64,000 bases of DNA from positions 1,240,001 through 1,304,000 of the forward strand of contig CM119384.1 in assembly GCA_051294905.1 (NCBI GenBank), in the 5' to 3' direction. The notes beneath the pieces were generated by a model. It was not told the origin of the DNA. It saw nothing but the letters and a program-made list of their open reading frames with translations, and did not search any database. This document shows positions 39,601 through 50,300 of this stretch, piece by piece. Made by a program: the position numbers and the translations under genes. The stretch's first letter is position 1. Each line of letters begins with the position of its first letter. The stretch is from Botryllus schlosseri (lineage: Eukaryota).

Positions 39601-42600
39601 AGCATAGAAACATTTCAAAAATTAGACTGTAATTTGATTAACTGCATTTGGCTCCAACTCTAATCGGACAACTACAATTACGCTAAATTATCAACAATTG
39701 TCAAATTCTGTGTGGCCTACATTTATGAAATCCCAGCATTTCGCTAATCGTGGCAAGTAAATTGCAGCGAGTGGTTTGAGGGCGACCAATCAGTATAATT
39801 ACGCCATTATTCAGGTAGTGTATACAAGAAAGCAATGTACTACGAATATACCGACGAACATTTTAACAACACACTGAAAAAAGTTGACAACATGGGTTTG
39901 TTGGGGCCTGTGATTGGCGGAGAAGTCGGTGACGTAATAAAAGTGAGTATACCATGTAGACGAGTTTATCCCAGAGCCTACTACCTATATGTCTACTAAA
40001 GTTTATTATTATGCGAATGACTGATTTAGGCTAAAATATTGGCAGTGGAAGGACGTTCACGCTTGTCGTAGAATATGCATGTGGGCTGTAAAGGCCTTAC
40101 TCTGGTGGAATATAAAAGCTGATTTTTCTAATGTATGCTTTGCGTTTGTATATCGTTTTCAAAAACATGGCATCACGCCATTACTCGCTAACGCCATGGG
40201 GTGCAAAAGATACCAACGACCCATACAATGTTAACACCACTGGAGTCGCACCAAACGAACAGAAGACCTACGAATGGACAGTGAGTGAATTAATATAAAC
40301 ACGTTTTTAATAGTGAGCTTCCGAAATTGCTTAACCGAGTGTATTTTGTGTAGCGGATGCAATTTAGGTTCCGTGCCGACTAACGTTTCTCAATAATGAG
40401 CATCAGGGCGACGGATTGCGGCTTTTCATCTTTATCGCGTCAATTTANNNNNNNNNNNNNNNNNNNNNNNNNNNNNNNNNNNNNNNNNNNNNNNNNNNNN
40501 NNNNNNNNNNNNNNNNNNNNNNNNNNNNNNNNNNNNNNNNNNNNNNNNNNNNNNNNNNNNNNNNNNNNNNNNNNNNNNNNNNNNNNGTTTGCATTTGAAA
40601 CAAATGGTGTTTTAAAGAACTTTGTTTTTAAAAAAATGACATTTTTTAAAGTTGTATAATTATGCCATAATTGTGTAAATTTTACGAAAAAACATGTAGG
40701 CTAGTATGTGACTACGGAAGATTTGCACCCGATTATAGTCGACGGAAAAATGCTGCATATAACGATGTAGTCCTGGTAAAATATATTTTGGTCCGTTTAA
40801 TGAGAGGGGTCGGAAGCGTTTATCGTCAAAGAAGCCCCATTCACCCCATATTGTCAATGTCACAATTTAAGATTCACGACCTTGTGGCTAAAAATAACGA
40901 AAAAAAAAAAATCAATAAAAAACATGTTTGTTGCCAATTGATTTTTGTTTTGCATGCAGCCTTGTAATCGCAGTGTAGTGGTAGCTCTATGGCGCCACTA
41001 GGGTGTGACGACATCGCAGGTGCTTCGGTGCTTGGTCGTCACTGAATACATGGCTGCTTGAGGACTCACGTCTCGTATATTAGACAGACCGTCAGTCACC
41101 CTACTACACGCAGTAATATTGGCTTGTGTGTTGTGCTAACTATCGAGACAGCGCTTATTTATTAGTTGCGTTTTTTTTTTATCAAAGCACTGCTGCGGCT
41201 ATTAATTCAAAATATATATATATCAAGCACATGCAAGCAGCGAATATATAATGCGAGGTATGGGATGCCTACAACGACCTTGTTATAGCTCATATTATTA
41301 CATCAACCCCGTTAAAGGAAACAGATTATTGCAAGTATAATTAGGTCTGCCGTATATAGCAGCTTGCTATATACCCTGGTGCGACAGTGCAAGTATGCAC
41401 CACTATAGCTTCGGCTTCTCAAATCATAAGCTAACAGCAACCCGGAATAGTATACGATGAGCTCAACACATGCATATTTCGTCAGGTACCTGAGGATGCT
41501 GTGCCTCCGGAAGGACAGCCAGGATGTACGTCCTGGATTTACAGGTCAAACGTTGACGAAGTCAAGGACGTCTATTCAGGATTGATTGGACCTTTATTGC
41601 TATGTCGCAGTGGTACGTACTGGCCAATATGGAATCGGTGTCTCGTGCACACCAAAGATTCTACTGACTACACACAGGTGTGACGCTTAGAACCGTCTTG
41701 GCACACCAAAGATATTACGCTTAACGTACCGGGATTCCAACCCGGCGTACTGGCCTATCCCATATCATAATATTATGAGCGCGTGTCTTGTTGCGTCCTA
41801 CAATTCTAGGAATATTGTGATTTAGCATGTCTTCCAGCTTAATCATGGTTAAGCTTGTGGCGTATCATGAATTCATAGAATGTCTCTCAAGTAATTCAAA
41901 ATTTCAAAACTCCTATAGCTTCACATCTGCTAGTTCGAATTAAGCCAAATCTGTTGTGCGAAGTTTTTTCACCAACCCTAATATCGAGACCTTCGGTTCC
42001 ACTCTTGTGTCGCATTCTTAAATGTCGTGCATCCTCCTGATCATTTGATGTTCGCACTATAGCCATAGATTCGTCACCTTTCACTTTTTCAGGATTCTTC
42101 GACAAGAACTCTGTTGGAACTGCCGCGTACGACGAGGATTTCTACCTTTTGTTTTTTATATTTGACGAAAATCAAAGCCATTACCTCGACGAAAATATAG
42201 AAAACTTCGCTAATGCGGATGCGTCAGATTTTGACGCAGAGGATGAATCATTTCAAGAAAGTAATCTTATGCACAGTAAGTTTTACGTAGCGCTACTGCG
42301 CTATATACGTTCCCCATTTTCTTACTGAGGACTGAGGAGTCCACGTATAGTGCTAGAATTAACAGGCGATATGTATATATTCTCTGTTAGCGATACTCAT
42401 ACAGGTTAGGATTATTGCTTATGATTAGGGCAAGTTTTGCTGCACTAAAATCGCGAGAAAGTTGCACTTAATTTTAACAAAAGTTGCATTTATGATTTTT
42501 GTCGAGTTATTAGGGTATCAGATACTTGAAAGGTTCCGTTGTATTACCTATAGTTCCTGCAGAGCTGGCAAATTCGTTACTTCGCCATTTAACGGACGGT

Positions 42601-45044
42601 CTGGCGAATCCGCTAAAAAATTCATTTTTTCCCTGCACACAGCAGGAAAATTACGCATGGCGGGAATAATTTCCCCCCACAAGCCAAACAGCATAGCGAT
42701 AACCCCTCCCCCAAAACATGACAAATAACACACCCCAAACCCCTTAGGCCCGCAAACTTGACCCAGGGCATTAATGAAAAACTCACTCTCGGCAACTTTA
42801 ACAGAATCAATAGCGTGGGCGTTCGTGAAACGATATCAAATTTGAAAGGCAGAATTAATAAATCGATCTATTTACGTATTGTTCGGGCACGATCGTGCTT
42901 GGCAGGGGTAGTTGCACCTCTTGCTTGCAAGCCATTGGGTCATAGATAACAGTGAGATGCAGCTAACCCATCATATAGTCGTTTGTTATGCAAATCAAAG
43001 AGAATAGAACCATACTAGAAATAGTTTATAGCATGTTTTTAAATCAATCCTTTACATTTTACGCAATATTTGATAAAAGTTGCAAAAAGTTACACTATAA
43101 AAGCTCTCCAAACACCGTAAAACATAACATATATTCTGCGTATCTAGGAAGCTGTCGGAAGCTGTAAAAAAAGTTGCAAAAGTTGCTAAAATTTGCCCTA
43201 CTTATGATCTAACGTAGGCTTAACTTGATAACAGTCCCTATACTTTTGCATGCCTGAGTTTATTCAACGGCAATGTATAGTGTGTGGTCAAATTCCGCCT
43301 AAGTTATGCCGTTTACAATACATCAGTCTGATACTCATGAAGGTCCGTCCTTACCTTAATTACAGGCATCAACGGGATTGTTTATCAGTTGGGCGGACTC
43401 AACGCAACACGTAATGACGACGTTCTATGGCATCTTATCGGCTACGGAAATGAGGTCGACATTCACACGGTGCATTTCCACGCGCATGCATTCACTTACG
43501 TGTGAGTAAAATGTGGTCGTATTTGAGTTGTTGACAAATATTATAATAATTAATCCCCATCCCGTGCTGGAGAGTCGGTATATTCTACACAGTGGTTCCT
43601 AACATTTTTGGATGACGGAGCCGCATTTCAAACTTCAGAGTAGGGTCTACGTATGGAGCGGAGCCGCACGACGGTTATATTCATCCATGCGTTCGACGCT
43701 AGTTTGCAAGAATTCTCTTTCCCGGTTTTCAGAAGCGGTCTTGGACGGCTTTTGAGACTTAACTAATATCTTTCATTTTAGCATTCATGTATATAAACTG
43801 ACTATAACTATTCATAGTAACAAACAACAACTGTCGTCTGTTATATTTTGTCGCATATTTTGAGTCAATCTGAGCCGCAGGAGGATTGACTGTTCTACAT
43901 CCTAGTTGTTGAGAACTATATACATGTCATCTAAATATCAGACTAGGATAGGCTTACCATATTTTGAAAATGTAAAAAAAAAGAGGACACTTTTTCAGAA
44001 ATTTGTAAGATGCAAAACCGGAGCAGAATTCTCAAAAACCGGTGAATTTTTCCCACTTTGTGATCGATTGACTAAAAAAAAAAAAGGTCATCACTTCTGC
44101 TCAGAGCTCAAAATACCGTTTTTTCTCCACATTGCCAGGTGGATGACTAAAAAAAAAAAAAAAAAGGGTCATCTTTTCGCTCAGAGCTAGATTCACCGTT
44201 TTTCAATATCCGCCGGAGCGCCACTTCTGTGCTAATTTGCGGCAATTTGCTCTAAATCTGACCTAAATTTTCAAAAAAGAGGACAAAATCTCAAAATAGA
44301 GGACAAAAGGGCGTCCTCCGAGGACACTTTCAAAAAAGAGGACGTATGGTAAGCCTAGACTAGGACAATTAACTCGATAATTATAGATAATTAGAGGGAA
44401 ATGCCATTACTCTAATTTGTGAAATGTCCCCTGCTTTGATTTTATTATAATTTCTGGTTTGCCTGAAAATGCTACAGGAGAACCGTATAGTGCTAAACTA
44501 GCCAGATTTAGTGTAGGTACGGACATTTGCCATTGTCATGCTTTGAGAATCAATTCTGATTTGATATAAACTGAACTTAATTTTGTTGTTTCTTTTTAAT
44601 ATGGAATTGAATTCAAATTTCCAAGTTTTACGAATTCAGTAATTCTAATCTAAATATTCTATTTGTCCGAGTCTGCTAGCAATGGCCAATCATTTTCTGT
44701 CGTATAGTCTTCAACACGACACCGGTCACGCATAACGCATTCTCTATATTAGGTCAGACGTCACATCGTTCGGAGACGTATTCAACCTGTTCCCCGGCAA
44801 GATCGGCACAGTCGACATGCGTACCACAGACGTAGGCACGTGGCTTTTGCACTGTCACGTTGACGACCATTTGGAAGCCGGCATGATCACCACATTCACC
44901 GTACAGCAAACGCAGCAGACTGCAACGATAGACGACCAAATGGAGGGTTGGTTGATAGCCGTCATTGTGGTGTGCAGCGTACTCGGTGCGGGAATGATCG
45001 TGGGGATCGTCTCATACTTTGTCGTAAAGAAGAGAAAGGGCTAG
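21659..45044 (+). CDS. HEPH: Hephaestin-like six-domain multicopper ferroxidase, type I membrane protein, 21 exons, ~1073 aa
   Basis: Phase-consistent exons: 21659-21810, 23846-23996, 25199-25380, 27123-27238, 27371-27477, 27560-27754, 28657-28783, 29679-29847, 30583-30778, 32296-32375, 33605-33735, 37111-37266, 37352-37490, 37955-38093, 39102-39288, 39815-39942, 40152-40280, 41486-41612, 42093-42275, 43366-43501, 44753-45044 (sum 3222 nt). Signal peptide MASPWLLCLSTLLPCALA; Cu motifs SLHPHG, YHSHV, CRVNDHYTAGM, CMVVDHLIGGM, HTVHFHAH, WLLHCHVDDHLEAGM; C-terminal TM WLIAVIVVCSVLGAGMIVGIVSYFVV then KKRKG-stop. HEPH versus HEPHL1 orthology cannot be resolved by eye. Confidence 0.92.
22047..22563. 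mobile_element. hAT-like MITE in hephaestin intron 1
   Basis: TIRs tagggctgggca...tgctcagcccta; TSD gtgatgat. Confidence 0.85.
22583..22848. mobile_element. hAT-like MITE (cagaggtggtca family)
   Basis: TIRs cagaggtggtca...tgaccacctctg; TSD cccgtctt; related copies at ~28831-29619 and ~35469-35692. Confidence 0.85.
24165..25031 (+). mobile_element. hAT MITE family A copy (intron 2)
   Basis: Same TIRs and body as 1126-1940; TSD imperfect. Confidence 0.85.
25575..26427 (-). mobile_element. hAT MITE family A copy, inverted (intron 3)
   Basis: TIRs present; TSD gtttaacc at 25567-25574 and 26428-26435. Confidence 0.9.
28955..29234. repeat. 140-bp tandem duplication inside a MITE
   Basis: ttctgggactttcgggataattttgcatcgc... 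occurs twice, nearly identical. Confidence 0.9.
30180..31870. repeat. Cluster of an aattagaatt-rich interspersed repeat family
   Basis: The module ttttcaaattagattagaatt...ctgaattcgcgaaa...agcttg(g/a)ctcgtttcgcac recurs here and at ~19930-20200, ~33850-33970, ~39390-39680 and ~44580-44670. Confidence 0.65.
32430..33194. mobile_element. Non-autonomous hAT element
   Basis: TIRs caggggtgggcaaac...gtttgcccacccctg; TSD tactaaca. Confidence 0.9.
40448..40586. other. Assembly gap (N run) in hephaestin intron 17
   Basis: Run of n; exon phases on either side are compatible, so no exon need be missing. Confidence 0.98.
42426..43200. mobile_element. hAT-like MITE family C
   Basis: TIRs tagggcaagttt...aaatttgcccta; TSD cttatgat. 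Confidence 0.9.
43949..44357 (-). mobile_element. hAT MITE, empty copy of the element at 4166-7893
   Basis: TIR taggcttaccata; TSD gactagga at 43941-43948 and 44358-44365. Confidence 0.9.
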
Positions 45045-45232
45045 TTGTTTAGCAGTTTTAATAACTCACAAGTTCCACAATGTATATGCTTGACACAGTA
45101 TACTATAACTATAGTATTGTTCTCGACTGTTTATACCTCGTACAATGTACTTTAAACACTGTAAAAGTTACGGGTGGAAAATTGTTATATCAATCAGTTT
45201 CCATCATAACACAGGGTTTGGATCAGGTAAAC

Positions 45233-45571
45233 TAGGGCTACCATACGTCCTCGTTTTTCAAGAAATCGAAAATGTCCACCGAGGACGGCCAAATGCCTTT
45301 TTGGTGATTCGTTTTCCTCGATATACTTTATAGCTTTGAGAGCCAGACGATTGTACACGGACAACTAAAAAATGCCACAAATGATGCGAAACCTGGTTTT
45401 CGACGGCAAGTTTCACTAAATAAACGTGGGAGCGGAGTATTTCAGGATTCGAGACAGTTTGAATGACCTTTTTTCAGTCATTTCCGTTTTCTCGCCTGCT
45501 ATTAGACCTACATCTTTCGTCAACTTGTAAGAAGTGTCCTCTTTTTCATATCTCAAAATATGGTAACCCTA
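45233..45571. mobile_element. hAT MITE in the hephaestin 3-prime region
   Basis: TIRs tagggctaccata...tatggtaacccta; TSD aggtaaac; a related decayed copy lies at ~63525-63790. Confidence 0.75.
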
Positions 45572-47357
45572 GGTAAACGGCACCTTTATCTACCAAATCT
45601 AGCTTTCACACCTATTCTAATAGGCAGAAATGAGTCAAACGTACCGATCCCCGTGGAGATCTATTTGGTTTTATTAAAGCTTAATTAGTAATTAATATTA
45701 ATGACATTAGTTTAGGATTATTCACGGAAAAAATATCTGGTTCACTAATACGGCTCTTTCGAATTACGTAGCAAGGCTTGTGGCGGTAGTCAACGCGTAC
45801 CATAACCAAAGTCACCAAACCACACCTTACGTATATTCGCTGACCAACCCAAGGCACATAAACTTCTTACAGTAGTGGAATGGGGCAGTGATACAGTGAG
45901 CTAAAAGTTACACAAAAACAGAATCAAATACTGGACTACCAGTTTATTCAAGCAACAGTCCTAAACTAACTGCATTCATATTAATAACTAGTTACGCATG
46001 CAAATTGTAGAAAGGTAAATATTTACTTCATATGCCTTAACCAACAACAAAAGCTGGTTTGGTGACTAATCGCATGGGTTGATACTTCTAAATAACGATG
46101 GTTTGGTATGTGTAGCGAGTCGTGTTTATGCCCTTTATGGGTACCATCTTTTTAGATTAATGGTGTGATTGACTCGTTCGCCCATTGGAATGGACATGGA
46201 AGCACAATTTGGCCGCTGAAAATGTTATCTGCCTGATTTACACCGAGCGCTGTTGTGGAACCAGATCAATACGCCAATTTTCCACCAATGGATTTACCGT
46301 GTATTATAGTATTTAGTTACATTTTTACCAATTTATGTGAGATTTAGGAAATTATCTTCGTGATCAGCAGACATCGCAAAAAGTGATGCCCTGGGCCTGC
46401 GCGGATCTTGACTTATGCAACGAGCTTTGAATTGTTTTAGAACTCATTTATAATTGAGGCAGCCTGTTCTTTCCTTACTATTTTCCTGTTGATTCAAGTT
46501 TCGTATGTGAAATATACGTTTCTAGTTCATAATATGGATAACGGAGGTTAATCGACGAAATACATCTGGCTCAATATTTCGCACCGACCCGATATCAGCT
46601 CAATTTTGTCACCTACTACAGTCCAGTCGAAAAGCAGTCGTAACGACAGAACAAATTCTTTTTTGATATAAAATTGTACAATGTACATCAACAGTTTACA
46701 GATTATAACAGTAACACTGCGAGTTGATTTGGAGGTGCTTGCGCGTGCGTCAGGCTTAGCATACACTGCTACTAGACAGGTAAACATGATATAATATTAC
46801 GACACAAGGGACGCAAATTACGCTGCCTGATTACCAACAGCGGCCATTGTTGATTCGTCAAGCGCAGATCGCCTGAATAGTGAATAATTTCATTACACAA
46901 CATAATAGGCACTCCTGTTATTAAAGGTTATGGTCGACATTGTACATGATTCTAGTAAAACCAAAGATATATGTATATTGCATATTCTAGCTAGATCTAC
47001 GATATTATCCATCTCATCTTACTTATGAGGGTTAAAACGGAACCACTCCGTTAAATACGTTGATGATTCCAGAAATGAACATCGTACATTAGTAACGAAA
47101 GCAAGTCATAGCCGTCCAGTTAGAAAACATTTTCGATGTTGCATCAATTTTGAGTATACTATCCATTTACCAGTGCACCTTTTGGTGCGCTTTCCAGTTA
47201 ACAGGTTTTCATTATACATAAATTAAAGACCCTCTTCGAGGTACAGAACTTCGATATACAATTGACTATTATATTCATATTGAAATGAACCCGAACATTT
47301 TCGGCTGACACTCGTCAGCGGAAATCGTCAGGAACTAGTACAGAATTGGAAAGTATT

Positions 47358-50300
47358 TTATAAATCAACTGAATTGTCAAACCATTCACAGACATCATGT
47401 TGTAAGTCTATCGCGACGATGACTTTCCTAGCAGCCGCCTCCCACGAGGAGCCCAGCTCCAACCGGTCGTATATCATCGGACATTTCGCGTCCGCCAGTT
47501 TCCGTTCTTTTTTCAACCTTTCAACCAAGATTGCAAAGTGTTTATTTCCGAACCGAACAAAAGCCTCGTACAGCAATATCAGTGCGCTCTGACACAGCAT
47601 CTTCTTCGCTTGATTAAAACTTGTCGGGTCTAACGATTTACCGCCGGACGCGATCACAATCTTCTCGGCTGCCTTCTCTGCAAGATTCTCCATGTATTTT
47701 TCAGAACCGCCTGAAAGTTCAATGAGCTCTATCGCAATGCGAACGAGTAGCTCGTCAAAATCCTCTTTCGAGTTTACTTCCCGACGGGATAGTCCTGGTA
47801 CGTTTTCTGTATATCGCATCCGGGCTAAGCTTCGCACAGGAGCTGAACAGTCTTCATAGACATCATAACTAGATAGTATACAGTCTCCATAATCATCATC
47901 ATCATCATCACAGAAATGACGAAATATTGATTCGTCGATACCTGAAGTCTCTAAGGATGCTTGACATCCAAAGAACTCAGGTGGAGATGGAAGTTCCGGT
48001 GTCATGGGATCAGGCGATGCAGAGCTCGTGTCTTCAGATGATGCAGAGCTCGTGCCATCAGACGATGTGGCGCTTGTGTCATCATCTGAATTCGTTTCCT
48101 CAGCTAGATTCGCAGACAGCTTAAGGTTTGATTTTGATCGAGTTGCAGAAAGAAGACTATCTCGGTTTTTAGTACCCAGGTGAGACAAAGATACTGCTGC
48201 CTCTAAGAACATTTGTTCTTCTTCTGGAGAAAAATTGGAGTAACGTTGAGTACGATCATGGTGTCTAGATTTTACGGGTGGGCTGCTTGTGGGCGTGGGT
48301 AGATAAGAGTGCTGACAAGCGGGTGACTCTGATAGCCTTGAGCTGCCATGGAGTGGAGTTTGTGCAGAGTACCCGCGGGGCACAGGTGGCGTTGGATGTT
48401 CCGGTGGAATCGGACAAGAAAATTCATAACCCACGCCATCATCTGATTCCTCATCTTGATTCAAAGAAGCCCGCAAATGCGATCTATAAGCGACCGCTGC
48501 TACTGGTGATTCTCTTGCCGGTGCTGCTGTTGCTTGTGGTGCAGCTTTGCTTCCTGTAGGTTCAGCATTTACATCAGCATTTAGACGCAGACTCCTTGAG
48601 GGTGTGGAAAGTGAACCAGAAAATGGCTCTAGTATTTGCCCGTAACATTCGCGATCTTCTTCGAATACCTTCAGGACAATGGGTGGTGTTAGTTGTTCCT
48701 GTTCGAGTAAATCAAATAATGCAGAGCCCACGCCGTCATCTGATTCCTTATCCTGACTCGAAGAAGCCCGCAAATCAGATTTATAAGTGGCACTACTCAC
48801 AGGAGGAACAAGGTTTGTGCCTGCAGTTTCTGTTATTGCTATTGCCTGTGCTGCTGCCGCTCTTGCTCTTGATGCGTATTTTTTAAAATTTACTTCCACG
48901 TCTCTCTGTTGCATCGCAGCATATCGGGAAGTGCCGTATCCGCGGTCCTCTTTGTCCGGGATTGTTGCTGACTGTTGCTGCATACAAGCACTGTATTGAG
49001 CGCTTTGACGTGAAGAGCTGGACAGAGTTGAAGTCGAAGCAAAAGGTTGCGCTGGTTGCATTGAAGGCAAGTTTTCTGCAGTTTGTCCCCCGGCAGCTAG
49101 TTTATGAGACGGCTGCGCAAGCATAGGTGAATGATCCAATTGTAGTCTTGACATTTGAGCAGCAGTAAAGTGTCTTTTTTTCTTATGTAATGCTGTCGGA
49201 GATTGAAGTTCCCCCCCGCCAGTTACTGTTCCTCCCGCCGACAAGTAAGTCACGTTCGCCATCGATTTTTCCAAGCCAGAATTCAAATCAGAACCACCCG
49301 AGAATTTAAAGCCATGCCGCCCTTCCTTTGAAACAGGCGGACTCCCAGAGTCTATGGAAAGAAACCTGGGAGGCGCCATTGGTATACTTCGGCTGCCACT
49401 GTTTTTCATTTCCCAGGGTGGAGTTGGTTGTTCCTGTTCGATTGAATCAAATAATGCAGAACCCACGCCATCATCTGATTCCTTACCCTGATTCAAAGAA
49501 GCCCGCCAATCCGATTTATCAGGAGAAGGAACAAGGTTTGTGCCTGGAATATCAGATTTTCTCACCGGTGCTGCTGCTGCCACTCTTTCCAAATTGTCTG
49601 CCATTATCGGTGAGCTTAGTCGCTTATAATCACTGTGTTTAGCAGTTTGATGTGAAAAACCGAACAGAGTTGAAGGCGAAGCAAAAGGTTGCGTTGAAGG
49701 CAAGTTTTCTGCAGTTTGTCGGCCGGAAGCTGGTTTTTGAGACGGCTGATAAAGCCTAGGCGCACGTGCCAATAGCGGCCTTGGCATTTGAGGAACCGTC
49801 ATCCGTAATGGCGTTAGAGGGTGAAGTTCTCCCTCACCAGTTACTGTCCCTTTCGTAAATATCTGTTTCATGCTCGCCTTCGATTTTTCCAAGCCAAAAT
49901 TGCGGGGCTTAGGTGGCATCGGATGCTCCGGTGTAATTGGATGAGAAAATGAATATCCCATGTAATCGTCTGATTGCTTGTCCCGGATCGAAGAAGCCAG
50001 CCGATTCGATGCACTAGCAGCGCGATACGCATAAGGATTAATGCATGGAGTATCTGACAGATTTTCCAAAACAAGGCAATCCGTGGCTTTCAACGCGCTA
50101 GGTGCAGATGCCATCAATAATTTCTGTTTGAGCGAATCCATTCGTGCAGTTTCCACGCCATCATCAGATTCCTTGTCCTGATTCAAAGAAGACCCCAAAA
50201 CCGATTTATAGGGGGCACTATCCACAGAAGGAACAAGGTTTGTGCCTGGAATGACTGTTGCTGATTTTCTTATCGGTGCTGCCGCTGCCACTCTTTCCAT

